Notes under the pieces: model-generated
The model's input: only the letters and a program-made list of their open reading frames with translations
Told to the model about the DNA's origin: nothing
Database searches by the model: none
Program-made: the position numbers and the translations under genes
NCBI GenBank assembly: GCA_964431235.1
Contig: CAYSJA010000010.1
Location: 1 to 62,001, forward strand
Reading direction: 5' to 3'
Length of the DNA stretch: 62,001 bases
Source of the DNA: an uncultured Gammaproteobacteria bacterium
Lineage (GTDB): Bacteria; Patescibacteriota; Patescibacteriia; Patescibacteriales; UBA12465
In this document: in pieces, positions 26,623 through 37,299 of the stretch
Numbering within the stretch: position 1 is the first letter of the stretch
How the letters are laid out: the number at the start of each line of letters is the position of its first letter

Positions 26623-27171
26623 ATGAAAATTATTGCCGGTTTAGGAAATCCTGAAAAAGCCCACCAAAATAGCCGCCATAACGCCGGTTGGATTTTTCTT
26701 GATAATTTAATAACTGATCCTGATTGGAAAGAAAACAAAAAATTTAAAGCTCTAATCTGCCAAAAAGGAGATATTATGTTCGTGAAACCTCTCACTTATA
26801 TGAATAAATCCGGAGAAAGCTTAAAAAAAATCCTGGATTACTATGGTCTAATCCCTAAAAAATTAAAAATCTTATCTAAAAAAAACCAAAATTTAACTAC
26901 CGCCCTCACTGTAATCCATGATGAGCTTGATCTTGACTTTGGTTCTTTTAAGCTATCTAAAAATTCCGGAAGTGCCGGCCATAGAGGAATAAACTCTATA
27001 ATTTCCCAGCTTAAAACTAAAAAATTCACTCGTCTGAGAATTGGGATTAAAAATGAATTTTTAAAAACAAAAATTCCTTCGGAAAAATTCGTAATGCAAA
27101 ATTTTTCCAAGGAAGAATATCTCCGTCTTAAAAAAATTGCTTCTTGCTATCCTATAGATGACTTGATTTAA
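26623..27171 (+). CDS. pth: Peptidyl-tRNA hydrolase
   Basis: GLGNP, RHNAG, KP.TYMN.SG, HDELD, GH.G, RLRIGI. Confidence 0.97.
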   Translation: MKIIAGLGNPEKAHQNSRHNAGWIFLDNLITDPDWKENKKFKALICQKGDIMFVKPLTYMNKSGESLKKILDYYGLIPKKLKILSKKNQNLTTALTVIHDELDLDFGSFKLSKNSGSAGHRGINSIISQLKTKKFTRLRIGIKNEFLKTKIPSEKFVMQNFSKEEYLRLKKIASCYPIDDLI

Positions 27172-27245
27172 CTCCGGCAAAGCCCCGCTCAGTTTAGCGG
27201 GGTTTTATTCGCCTTATATTATAATTGCTAAACAATTATAATAAT

Positions 27246-28148
27246 ATGGCGCAAAACTACAAAAAGCCAATTCATTTAGAATTAGCCCTCTGCCCTTTTC
27301 TTGATCCGAAAACGGGCCTAAAAATAATAAACAATCTATCTGATAACCCGGATTTATCAACAATAAATGCTGCTTGGCTAAAAAATTTTAGTCTAAAAGA
27401 AAATTTGATTGCCCGCTTTATATCTTGGAAAAAAACCGTTAATCTCGGTCTTTTAAAGCAGAAATTAAAAGAACAAAAAATAAATCTTATCTCCTATAAG
27501 GACAAAGAATATCCCTTATCTCTAAAAGAGATCTACTTACCTCCGCCTTTCTTGTTCTATCGCGGTAATTTACAGCAAATCAATCAAAATAATAGTTTAA
27601 CCTTGGCTATCGTTGGCTCACGAAAAAATAGCTCCTATGGTACTTTAGCTTTGACAAAAATACTATCACCTTTATCCCAAAAGCAACAATTGGTCATTAT
27701 AAGCGGCTTAGCCCGAGGAATTGACACTCTTGCTCATGAGCAAGCTTTAAAACATGAGATTCCCACTATAGCTATTCTGGGTTCAGGCCTATTTAGCGAT
27801 AAAATATATCCGCCGGAAAACTTAAAACTAGCAAAAAGAATCATTCAAGCGAACGGATTATTGCTATCAGAATTTCCGCCTAACTGTCCACCTAAAAAAA
27901 ATAACTTCCCTAGAAGAAATCGCTTGATTTCCGGATTAGCAAAATCTGTCTTAGTAATTGAAGCAACGGAAAAATCAGGCGCTCTGATTACCGCCCGTTT
28001 TGCCTTGGAACAAAATAAAGATATCTTAGCTCTACCAGGAAACATTTTTCAGTCTAATTCAAAAGGAACTAATAAATTAATTCAGGCCGGAGCCTATCCT
28101 GTCCTAAACGCCGATGATTTGCTGGCCTGGTTTGATTTCAAATCTTGA
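27246..28148 (+). CDS. dprA: DNA-processing protein DprA
   Basis: AIVGSR, SGLARGID..AH, FP.RNR.ISG, SGALITA..A.EQ. Confidence 0.95.
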   Translation: MAQNYKKPIHLELALCPFLDPKTGLKIINNLSDNPDLSTINAAWLKNFSLKENLIARFISWKKTVNLGLLKQKLKEQKINLISYKDKEYPLSLKEIYLPPPFLFYRGNLQQINQNNSLTLAIVGSRKNSSYGTLALTKILSPLSQKQQLVIISGLARGIDTLAHEQALKHEIPTIAILGSGLFSDKIYPPENLKLAKRIIQANGLLLSEFPPNCPPKKNNFPRRNRLISGLAKSVLVIEATEKSGALITARFALEQNKDILALPGNIFQSNSKGTNKLIQAGAYPVLNADDLLAWFDFKS

Positions 28149-28224
28149 CACTCTCAAGATAAATAGTACACTGAATATATTAACAATACTCTTTATTAAA
28201 AAATAAATCTCTTTAAATAAAATT

Positions 28225-30261
28225 ATGGATCTAATTATAGTAGAATCGCCAACCAAAGCCAGGACAATAAGTAAATTCCTGCCGGATAAATACCGAGTGG
28301 AATCTTCTTTCGGTCATATTCGCGATTTACCAAAAGCAGAATTGGGGGTAGATATTGATAATAATTTCTCCCCAAAATATGTAATCCCGACTAAAGCTAA
28401 AAAAACTATGGCTTTTTTAAAAACAGCTTCTAAAGAAGCTGAACAGGTTATTTTAGCTTCTGATGAAGATCGCGAAGGAGAGGCGATTGCCTGGCACCTG
28501 GCTGAAGCTTTAAAAATAGACAAAAAAAGTAAACGTATTGTTTTTCACGAAATAACCAAAGAGGCTATCTTAGAGGCTTTAAAAAATCCCCGCAATTTAA
28601 ATATTGCTATGATTAACGCCCAACAAGCTAGGCGAGTATTGGATCGCTTAGTCGGATATAAACTATCACCTTTTTTATGGAAAAAAGTGGCTAAAGGGTT
28701 ATCTGCCGGTAGAGTTCAAAGTGTTGCTATAAGATTAATAATAGAACGAGAAAGGGAAATAAAAAGATTTAAAAGCGAAGAATATTGGACTATAAGCACT
28801 GATCTTGAAACCAAAGAAAAAGAAATCTTTAACTCTAACTTGATAAAAATAAATAATGAATCCTTAAAAAAATTAGAAATAAAGGAAGACAGGGCCAAAC
28901 TTTTAAAATCAGAATTAGAATCTTCTTCTTATAAAATAGAAAAAATTGAAAAAAAGGATGGAAAAAAAAATCCTTTGCCCCCTTTTATTACTTCAACTCT
29001 GCAACAAACAGCTAATCGTTACTTAGGTTATAGTGCCAAGCGAACCATGGTAGTAGCGCAAAAACTTTATGAAAAAGGTTACATAACTTATATAAGAACA
29101 GATTCTTTTAATCTAGCTACTAAATTTACCGGCGCTGCTGAAAATTGGATAAAAAATAATTTAGGAGAAGAGTACTATGGTGGAAAAAAATCCTTTGCCA
29201 ACAAAAATAAATCCGCCCAAGAAGCTCATGAAGCGATCAGACCGACTGAAGTTAAAAATTCACCAGAAAAACTGGCCGCCGGACTGGAATCTTCTGAAGA
29301 AAAGCTTTATAAATTAATCTGGCAAAGAGCTATTGCCAGCCAAATGTCAACAGCAAAAATTAGTTCTACTATTATTGATATAAAAGCAAATAACAACAAA
29401 AATTATTATATCTTGCGAGCCAATGGCCAATTAATATCCTTCCCCGGCTATTTAAAAATTTGGCCGGAAAAAACCAAAGAACAAAAATTACCTAAAGTCC
29501 AAGAAGGCAACGATCTGAACCTAATAAAAGTTATCTCCGAAAAGCATGAAACAGTCCCTCCGGCTAGATATTCTGATGCCGGCCTGGTTAAACAGATGGA
29601 AAAATACGGTATTGGACGCCCTTCAACTTATGCCCCGACTATAACCACCATCACCGCCAGAAATTATGTGGAAAGAGATGAAAATAAAAGATTAAAACCA
29701 ACAGATATTGCTTTTGTGGTAAACGATCTCTTAGTTTCTCATTTTCCTAAAATAGTTGATTATGAATTCACCGCGCAAATGGAAGAGGGTTTAGATCTGA
29801 TAGCTAAAGGGGGCAAAGACTGGCAACCGTTCATTTCTGATTTTTATCAAGAATTTGCTGATAATTTACAAAAAAAATATCAAGAAATTAAAAAAGAAAA
29901 AATTATGCCTATTGAAAAATCTAATGAAGTTTGCGATAAGTGCGGAGCGCCGATGGTTATAAAAACCGGACGCTATGGAAAATTTTTAGCCTGTAGCGCT
30001 TTCCCTGAATGCAAAAATATAAAAAAATTATCTGGGGATAGCAACGAAAAAAGCGAAAAAGATCCAAAAATAAAAGAGCTGGAAAAAATTTACCAAGCTG
30101 AAATTTGCGATAAGTGCGGAGCGCCGATGAAAGTAAGAGTAGGAAAATATGGACCATTTTTAGCCTGTTCAGCTTTTCCTAAATGTAAAAATACAAAAAA
30201 TATTCCCAATAATGAGACTGGTCAACCCTCTAACCCGTTTATGAAAAAGAAAAAATGGTAA
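28225..30261 (+). CDS. topA: DNA topoisomerase I
   Basis: IVESPTKA, GHIRDL, D.DREGEAIA, SAGRVQS, ITY.RTDS, two C4 zinc ribbons. Confidence 0.98.
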   Translation: MDLIIVESPTKARTISKFLPDKYRVESSFGHIRDLPKAELGVDIDNNFSPKYVIPTKAKKTMAFLKTASKEAEQVILASDEDREGEAIAWHLAEALKIDKKSKRIVFHEITKEAILEALKNPRNLNIAMINAQQARRVLDRLVGYKLSPFLWKKVAKGLSAGRVQSVAIRLIIEREREIKRFKSEEYWTISTDLETKEKEIFNSNLIKINNESLKKLEIKEDRAKLLKSELESSSYKIEKIEKKDGKKNPLPPFITSTLQQTANRYLGYSAKRTMVVAQKLYEKGYITYIRTDSFNLATKFTGAAENWIKNNLGEEYYGGKKSFANKNKSAQEAHEAIRPTEVKNSPEKLAAGLESSEEKLYKLIWQRAIASQMSTAKISSTIIDIKANNNKNYYILRANGQLISFPGYLKIWPEKTKEQKLPKVQEGNDLNLIKVISEKHETVPPARYSDAGLVKQMEKYGIGRPSTYAPTITTITARNYVERDENKRLKPTDIAFVVNDLLVSHFPKIVDYEFTAQMEEGLDLIAKGGKDWQPFISDFYQEFADNLQKKYQEIKKEKIMPIEKSNEVCDKCGAPMVIKTGRYGKFLACSAFPECKNIKKLSGDSNEKSEKDPKIKELEKIYQAEICDKCGAPMKVRVGKYGPFLACSAFPKCKNTKNIPNNETGQPSNPFMKKKKW

Positions 30262-30287
30262 AAAACAATTAATCACTCTAAACTATC

Positions 30288-30318
30288 AAAAACAACGGAA
30301 AGTTTTCCGTTGTTTTTT
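30288..30318. terminator. Bidirectional intrinsic terminator
   Basis: AAAAACAACGGAA-loop-TTCCGTTGTTTTTT between convergent genes. Confidence 0.8.
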
Positions 30319-30342
30319 AAAAGCTAAAAGATTTATTTTAAA

Positions 30343-30663
30343 TTATTTTTTCTTGGTTTTTTTACTACGACTTTTCCTCTCTTCTTTTTTACTAAACCAA
30401 TCTTTATTTTTTGCTAACTTAATAGCTTGTTTAGCTACTTCTGCTAAAATCATTAAATAAGCTGACCCTCCTTTTATTTTTTCCCTAATCAAAGAAATTG
30501 TTTCTTCTGTCTTAGAAACACCTGCCTCAATCTTATTTATTAAACGGTGCAGCTTCTTAACACTAACAATAATGTAATAAATTGCTGAAACCAAAAAAAT
30601 AGTCAAAACTGCGATAGAAACGGCTAAAACTAAATTTAAAACATCAATAGAAGTTGAAAACAT
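30343..30663 (-). CDS. Hypothetical single-TM/coiled-coil protein
   Basis: N-terminal TM; co-oriented after pheT. Confidence 0.75.
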   Translation of the reverse strand: MFSTSIDVLNLVLAVSIAVLTIFLVSAIYYIIVSVKKLHRLINKIEAGVSKTEETISLIREKIKGGSAYLMILAEVAKQAIKLAKNKDWFSKKEERKSRSKKTKKK

Positions 30664-30678
30664 ATTATTTTAATTATT

Positions 30679-33111
30679 TTAAAAATTTCTTAATTTAGCT
30701 CCAAGTTTATCAGCTGCCGCTTTTATCAAATCATTCTGTACCTTATCTACTTCGGCTGAAGTTAAGGTTCTATCCTCGGCTTGATAAGATAAATGAAAAG
30801 CTAAACTTTTCTCACTCTGTGATAATTTATCCCCGCTGTAAATATCAAATAATTCAATTGATTTAATCAGTGGGTTAACAGAAGATAAAACCTCTTTAAT
30901 ATCATTATACAATATTTTGTTAGAAACAACAAAACAAAGATCTCTTACAACTGGGGGATATTTAGCTATTTCTTTAAGACGAAATTTCGGCTGTTTTAAA
31001 AATATTTTTACCAGTTCATTAAAATTAATTTCTGCCAAAGAGGTGTTCATTTTTAAGTTTAAATTCTGTGAGGATTTTTGACTTAAAGATCCTAACCAGC
31101 CTATTTCTTGATCTAAAATAGAAATTTTAGCAGTTATCTTTTTATCTGACCAGCCCGGCGGACTGTCAAAACAAGAAAAAACTATCTCTTTATCAACTCC
31201 TAGTATTTCTTGTAAAAAATTAGTGACTATACTCTTTAATTCAGAGAAAACCTCTCTTTTTTTACCGGCTAAGACGATTCCTATTCTTTTTTCCTGATAA
31301 GGGAGCTTACTCTCCTTGTTATCTCCCCTATCAAATTCACCGGGCGCATCAAAAAATACATTGCCGACTTCAAAAAATCCCAAATCATCACTTTTAGCCT
31401 GGTTATTTTTTACATTATAAAATAAACCCGGAGCTAAGGACTGCCTAAGCATACTGTTAATCTCCGACAAAGGATTAATTAACTTTAAATAATGAAAAAA
31501 ATCCATATCTAATTTTTTTAGTTGCTCCTCACCGACAAAAGAATGATTATGAGTTTCAGATAAAGGGAATCTTAAATATAAAATGTCTTTTACTTTTCGC
31601 TCAAAACTCCTCTCTTTATTTTCCTCTGGAATAAATAGTTCTTCTTTAGGAAGAGTTGATTTTATATTATCGTACCCATAGACTCTCAAAACTTCTTCAA
31701 GAACATCTTCTCTATTCTTTATATCCTTAGTCGCCCGCCAGGAAGGCACAACAACCTCTATGTCCTTCTCTTTTTCCTCAACTTCAAAACCCAAACGATA
31801 AAGTGAATCCAAGGCTTCTTTCTTTGGTATCTCTTGCCCTATCTTAGTAATCAACCAGGGAAACTCAAAATTTATTTTCTTACTGGGGATTTTTCGATTA
31901 TATATATCTATCACCGGCCCAATTATCTTTGCTTCTGGGCACATCTTTAAAAGCAAAGTTAAAAAGCGATAAAGAGCGTCTTCTGTTAAACTAGGATCTA
32001 AACATTTTTCAAAACGCAAAGAAGCTTCCGTCCTAAGACCTAAACGTTGCACCGTCTTTCTGATTGTATCAGCTGAAAAATTAGCTGATTCCAATATCAT
32101 ACTACTTGAACTGTCAATTATCTGACTGTCTTTACCGCCAATAATCCCAGCGATTGCTATTGCCTCTCTACCATCGGAGATAACCAAATCATCAGAAGTT
32201 AATTCCCTTTCTTTACCATCTAGAGTTTCTATATTTTCTTGGTCAATTGCATTCTTAATCACTATTTTACCTGTTCGGGAAGCATTAAAGGTATGTAAAG
32301 GCTGGCCGCAATCAAACATTACATAATTAGCTAAATCAACGATATTGTTTATCGGGCGCTGATTTATTGCCGTCAAACGATCTTTTAGCCAAACCGGGGA
32401 AGGCTCGACCTTAATGTTGTCTATTTTTAAAGCCATGTAACGCCAACACTTATTCTTTTCTAGAACTTCAACTGATAATTTATCTTTTTTAGTCTCTATA
32501 ATTTCCGGTTTTTGGCCAATGATTTTTTCATAGGGTTTTAAAGGAATGGAAAAAGTAGCGGCCAGCTCTCTGGCTAACCCATAGTGACTGAAAAGATCTG
32601 GCCTATTAGATAATGATTTGTTATCAATTTCAAAAATATTATCCCTTATTCTTAAATAAGAAGCTAAAGGTTCACCAATCTTAGCTTTCTTATCTAGCAC
32701 CATAATACCGCTATGTTCTATTCCTAAGCCCAACTCATCCTCAGCACAAACCATGCCTTCAGAAATTTCACCTCTTATCTTACTAGTCTTTATCTCTAAT
32801 CCTCCGGGTAACACTGTTCCGTTCAGGGCAACCGGAACTAATTGGCCAGCTCTTATATTAGGCGCTCCGCAAACTATATTAAGTTTATGATCCTTTTTAA
32901 CGTCAAGAGTAGCAACTTTAAGTTTGCTAGCATTAGGATGCTTCTTTACCTCTAAAACCTTGCCGACTACAATATTATTAAATCTATCAGCTTGAGATTG
33001 GATAGACTCAACTTCAACTGTATGAGCTGTTAATTTCTCTGCTACTTGATTAAAGGATGTTTTGGCCGGCAACTTAATAAAGTCTTGTAGCCAGTTATAA
33101 GATATATACAT
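30679..33111 (-). CDS. pheT: Phenylalanine--tRNA ligase beta subunit
   Basis: IVCGAPN, NRPD..SH.G.ARE, GQPLH.F, EAS.RFEK, FDX-ACB C-terminus. Confidence 0.97.
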   Translation of the reverse strand: MYISYNWLQDFIKLPAKTSFNQVAEKLTAHTVEVESIQSQADRFNNIVVGKVLEVKKHPNASKLKVATLDVKKDHKLNIVCGAPNIRAGQLVPVALNGTVLPGGLEIKTSKIRGEISEGMVCAEDELGLGIEHSGIMVLDKKAKIGEPLASYLRIRDNIFEIDNKSLSNRPDLFSHYGLARELAATFSIPLKPYEKIIGQKPEIIETKKDKLSVEVLEKNKCWRYMALKIDNIKVEPSPVWLKDRLTAINQRPINNIVDLANYVMFDCGQPLHTFNASRTGKIVIKNAIDQENIETLDGKERELTSDDLVISDGREAIAIAGIIGGKDSQIIDSSSSMILESANFSADTIRKTVQRLGLRTEASLRFEKCLDPSLTEDALYRFLTLLLKMCPEAKIIGPVIDIYNRKIPSKKINFEFPWLITKIGQEIPKKEALDSLYRLGFEVEEKEKDIEVVVPSWRATKDIKNREDVLEEVLRVYGYDNIKSTLPKEELFIPEENKERSFERKVKDILYLRFPLSETHNHSFVGEEQLKKLDMDFFHYLKLINPLSEINSMLRQSLAPGLFYNVKNNQAKSDDLGFFEVGNVFFDAPGEFDRGDNKESKLPYQEKRIGIVLAGKKREVFSELKSIVTNFLQEILGVDKEIVFSCFDSPPGWSDKKITAKISILDQEIGWLGSLSQKSSQNLNLKMNTSLAEINFNELVKIFLKQPKFRLKEIAKYPPVVRDLCFVVSNKILYNDIKEVLSSVNPLIKSIELFDIYSGDKLSQSEKSLAFHLSYQAEDRTLTSAEVDKVQNDLIKAAADKLGAKLRNF

Positions 33112-33115
33112 AATT

Positions 33116-34147
33116 TTAAAATTGTTCAAGGAATTTTAAATCACCACTGTTAAACAAACGAACATCATTTATCGCATATTTAAGCATTGCTAATCTAGTT
33201 AAACCAAAACCAAAAGCTAATCCTGAATATTTTTCTGGATCAATCCCCCCTACTTTTAGGACATCGGGGTGAATAAGACCAGCGCCAACAATTTCCAGCC
33301 AACCCGTATTTTTGCAGACTCGACAACCTTTTCCGCCGCATAAAAAACAAGTATATTCACCATTGTTACCTGGCTCAACAAAAGGATAAAATTTTGGCCT
33401 CGTCCTTAATTTAGTCCCTGGACCAAAAATTTTTTCACCCACTATTTCTAATAAACTCTTTACATTAGAAAAATTTATATCCCGACCGATCATTAAGCCT
33501 TCAAATTGATAAAAAGTATGTTCATGCCTAGAATCGGTCGCTTCATTCCTAAAACACCTCCCGGGAATAATTGCTTTTAAGGGTGCTCCAAATTTTTTCA
33601 TAGCTCTTATCTGCACGGGCGAAGTATGAGTTCTCATCACTAAATCCCGCTCTTTACTGTTATTTCCAGATGAAGAAACGTAAAAAGTATCATGCATATC
33701 CCGAGCTGGATGGAGAGGGGGGACATTTAAAGCAGTAAAATTATAATAATCGCTTTCTAGCTCCGGGCCATCAACAATCATAAATCCTAGAGAAGAAAAT
33801 AAATCTTCTAACTCTCTTTGAATAATAGTTATAGGGTGGAGATGGCCTCTTTTCATTTTTTCTCCGGGCAAAGTAACATCTGCTACTGATGTAAATTGAT
33901 TATTCTCCCCAAATCTCTCTTTTATCACTTTCATCTTTGCCTCTAATTCTTTTTTTGTCTGATTGGCTAAAATTCCCATTTCCTTCCTAAAATCCGGGTT
34001 TAAATTTTTAAGTTGATGCATGATGGAGCTTAATTCTCCCTTACGGGAAAAATATTTTAATTCTATATTCTTCAAACTCTGAACAGTCTTTACTTCTTCT
34101 AACTTAGATAGAACTTCTTGTTTTAATTTTTGCAATTTATCTCTCAT
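33116..34147 (-). CDS. pheS: Phenylalanine--tRNA ligase alpha subunit
   Basis: HPARDMHDTF, RTHTSP.Q, F.Q.EG, AFGFG..R. Confidence 0.98.
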   Translation of the reverse strand: MRDKLQKLKQEVLSKLEEVKTVQSLKNIELKYFSRKGELSSIMHQLKNLNPDFRKEMGILANQTKKELEAKMKVIKERFGENNQFTSVADVTLPGEKMKRGHLHPITIIQRELEDLFSSLGFMIVDGPELESDYYNFTALNVPPLHPARDMHDTFYVSSSGNNSKERDLVMRTHTSPVQIRAMKKFGAPLKAIIPGRCFRNEATDSRHEHTFYQFEGLMIGRDINFSNVKSLLEIVGEKIFGPGTKLRTRPKFYPFVEPGNNGEYTCFLCGGKGCRVCKNTGWLEIVGAGLIHPDVLKVGGIDPEKYSGLAFGFGLTRLAMLKYAINDVRLFNSGDLKFLEQF

Positions 34148-34151
34148 ATTA

Positions 34152-34532
34152 TTAACGATTTTTTTTACGGCTTATTAGAAACAACTCTAAAATTGAAAAG
34201 GTTATTATTAAAAAAAGTAAATTTAACCAATTCAAAAGGCTACCCGCTTGCAAAAAAAGAGCAACAATTAAAAACAAAGAAAATAAGAATGACTGGCGAA
34301 AAGACAATTTCACCAAATTAAAAGCAAGCTCTCTTTTTAAAATTATAAATCTCACCAAAAAACCAATCAAGGTACTCAAGCCGCTCAAAGCTAAAAATAA
34401 GGAAGCATAGAATAATAGAAAGCCAAGCCAATTGGTGGAAAAAGGGTCTATTGTTCCAGCTACGAAAAAAAATATTCCCCAGCAAATAATGGTTAAAACA
34501 GACATTACCAACAAATAATTTCTTAGAGTCAT
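34152..34532 (-). CDS. Conserved 4-TM hypothetical membrane protein
   Basis: Four hydrophobic helices; translationally coupled to valS. Confidence 0.8.
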   Translation of the reverse strand: MTLRNYLLVMSVLTIICWGIFFFVAGTIDPFSTNWLGFLLFYASLFLALSGLSTLIGFLVRFIILKRELAFNLVKLSFRQSFLFSLFLIVALFLQAGSLLNWLNLLFLIITFSILELFLISRKKNR

Positions 34533-37168
34533 AGTTTTGTAAGCGTTTTACTTATTTTATCTAAATCAAGCTGATATTTATTTAATTTTTCTTTTTCTTT
34601 CTCCACGATATCTTTTGGCGCCTTGTCAATAAAATCCTGATTAGCTAATTTTTGTTCTTGAATCTTAATTAAGTTTTGTAAAGATTTTTTCTTTTTATTA
34701 AATCTGGTTATTTCCTTGTCAACATCAACTGCTCCTAAAAGAAAAGCTTCAATCTGACCAACAATAACAATAATCGCCCCTTTAAGCTTATCACCTTTGC
34801 TTTTTATTGCCAAAGAATTTATTCCTGTTTTCAAATTTTTTATTATATCCTGATTTCTCAATAAAATTTCCTCTTGATCATATCCATAAACAATTGCTGT
34901 TAATTTTCTGGCCGGCTCTATCTTATTTTTACTTCTAGCATTACGAATAGATACAATCAACTCTTTTACCTGATTGAAGGCTTGCTTGTCAGAATTATTT
35001 ATAATTTCTGAAGACAAGTTTGATTTGTTTATATCCGGCCAATTTTGGACCATTAGTAGATTATTGTCAAAACTTCCCCAAACGCTTTCTGTGACAAAAG
35101 GAATAAAAGGATGCCAAAGCTTAAGTATTTCTCTTAATATAAAAGCGAGAATATCTTCTTTCTTCTTTTCAATTTTAGCGATCTCCAAATACCAATCGGC
35201 CAATTTGTTCCAAGTAAAATCATTTAAATTTTCAGCTGCTAAAGAAAAGTTATTCGTCTCTAAATTATTGCCCACATTTTCAATGGTCTCTAATAAAGAA
35301 CTTAATATCCACTTATCAGCATCGGTAACTGCTTTTAAATCTTTTATCTTCAAATCTTTTTTTAAAGAGTCTGAACTATAGTTAATTATAAAACGTGATA
35401 TATTCCACAATTTGTTGACAAAATTCCTTTTTGCCTCTATTTTTTCCTCACTAAAACGAGTATCATTCCCTGGTGTGAATCCCATTAAAAGCGAAAGTCT
35501 AACAGCGTCAGCTCCGTACTTTTTTGTCATAAGCAAAGGATCAATGCCATTTCCTTTAGATTTCGACATTTTCTTGCCATTCTTGTCTAAAACCATACCA
35601 TGAAGATAAACTGAAGAAAAAGGGATTTCGTCTAAGGCAAAAAATGACATCATTATCATTCTTGATACCCACAAAGTTATTATTTCATAACCAGTTTCCA
35701 GCATCTGAGTAGGATGAAAGCGTTCTAAATCTCCAATTTTCTTTCCATTTTTATAATTATCAGGCCAACCCAAAGTGGAGAATGTCCACATTCCAGAAGA
35801 AAACCAAGTATCTAGGGTATCTTGATCCTGTGTCCAACCCCTCTCTTTAGGCGCTTCCAAACCACAGTACACTTTATCACCCTTGTACCAAACTGGTATT
35901 TGGTGTCCAAACCATATCTGCCTAGATATACACCAATCATGTAAATTTTCCATCCAATCTAAATATCTCTTTTTAAATCTAATTGGAATAAATTCTATCT
36001 TGCCAGCCTTAACAGCTTCAATCGCCTTATCTTTTAAGGATTTGTTACCCAGTCTGCTTAGCTTTTTATCAACATCTATAAACCACTGTTTTGAAGGCAA
36101 AGGTTCTATCACTGAATCACAACGATAGCAGTGAGCACTATTATGAATATAATCGTCATCTATATGGTCTATTAAACCCATTTTTTTCATATCTTTCACT
36201 ATCTCTTCCCGTGCTTCCTTGGTTGTTAACCCGGCATATCGTCCACAATTTCCCATCATCTTACCATCTTCATCAATAATCTTTTTAGCTGGCAAATTAT
36301 GCCTATTAGCAATTTCACTATCAATAAAACTATGAGCTGGAGTAACTTTTATGACGCCCGAACCAAAATTAATATCAACAGCTTGATCTGCCACTACTTT
36401 TACTTTAAATTTACCCAAAACTCCGTCTATTTCCAATTCTTTGCCCACAAAATCCTTATATCTTTTATCTGTGGGGTGAACTGCTACAGCTGTATCTCCT
36501 AATTTTGTTTCTGGACGAGAGGTGGCTAGCACAAAAGGCCCGTATTTTATCCAATAAAGCTTAGCTTTTTCTTCTTTATATTCAACTTCGTCATCAGCTA
36601 AAGTTGAATGACAGCGAGGGCACCAATTAACGACCCTTTCTCCTCTGTATATGACTCCTTCGTCATACATGTCTCTAAACATTGTTCTAACTGCTTTCTG
36701 CCTTTTTTCATCTAGAGTAAAGGCTAATCGGGACCAATCTAAAGATGCTCCCATCTTTCTTACTTGCTCTAATATCTCTGTCTGAGTGACTTCTAAAAAA
36801 GATTGGACTTCTTGTAAAAATCTATCTCGGCCTAAATCATGCCTATTTTTTTTCTGTTCTTGCCAAATTTTCTTTTCTACCACATTTTGAGTGGCGATAG
36901 CAGCATGGTCTGTCCCCGGCAACCATAAAGTTCTAAAACCTCTTAACCGCTTATAGCGAATTAGCATGTCTTCTATAGCTATCATAGCAGAATGGCCCAA
37001 ATGAAGTTTAGCAGTAATGTTGGGAGGTGGTAAAATTATGGTATAATTCTCAGCTTTTTCCGATAAACTTAAATTATCCGGATTAAAATACCCGGATTTT
37101 TCCCATTTTTCATAAATTTTATCCTCTTGTCCAACTGGGTTATAGACTTTATCCAATTCCTTTTTCAT
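34529..37168 (-). CDS. valS: Valine--tRNA ligase
   Basis: PPPNIT..LHLGH, DWCISRQIWFGH, DTWFSS, KMSKS, C-terminal coiled coil. Confidence 0.98.
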   Translation of the reverse strand: MKKELDKVYNPVGQEDKIYEKWEKSGYFNPDNLSLSEKAENYTIILPPPNITAKLHLGHSAMIAIEDMLIRYKRLRGFRTLWLPGTDHAAIATQNVVEKKIWQEQKKNRHDLGRDRFLQEVQSFLEVTQTEILEQVRKMGASLDWSRLAFTLDEKRQKAVRTMFRDMYDEGVIYRGERVVNWCPRCHSTLADDEVEYKEEKAKLYWIKYGPFVLATSRPETKLGDTAVAVHPTDKRYKDFVGKELEIDGVLGKFKVKVVADQAVDINFGSGVIKVTPAHSFIDSEIANRHNLPAKKIIDEDGKMMGNCGRYAGLTTKEAREEIVKDMKKMGLIDHIDDDYIHNSAHCYRCDSVIEPLPSKQWFIDVDKKLSRLGNKSLKDKAIEAVKAGKIEFIPIRFKKRYLDWMENLHDWCISRQIWFGHQIPVWYKGDKVYCGLEAPKERGWTQDQDTLDTWFSSGMWTFSTLGWPDNYKNGKKIGDLERFHPTQMLETGYEIITLWVSRMIMMSFFALDEIPFSSVYLHGMVLDKNGKKMSKSKGNGIDPLLMTKKYGADAVRLSLLMGFTPGNDTRFSEEKIEAKRNFVNKLWNISRFIINYSSDSLKKDLKIKDLKAVTDADKWILSSLLETIENVGNNLETNNFSLAAENLNDFTWNKLADWYLEIAKIEKKKEDILAFILREILKLWHPFIPFVTESVWGSFDNNLLMVQNWPDINKSNLSSEIINNSDKQAFNQVKELIVSIRNARSKNKIEPARKLTAIVYGYDQEEILLRNQDIIKNLKTGINSLAIKSKGDKLKGAIIVIVGQIEAFLLGAVDVDKEITRFNKKKKSLQNLIKIQEQKLANQDFIDKAPKDIVEKEKEKLNKYQLDLDKISKTLTKL

Positions 37169-37299
37169 AATATAAAATTAACAAAAAAAGACAGTAAAGT
37201 CAATTAAGAAAAGCTCCTTGACTGGGATTAAAAATAGTTATATATTACTTTATTAACCAACTATTTATAAATATAAAAATCTTTTTTTACTTTTCTAGA

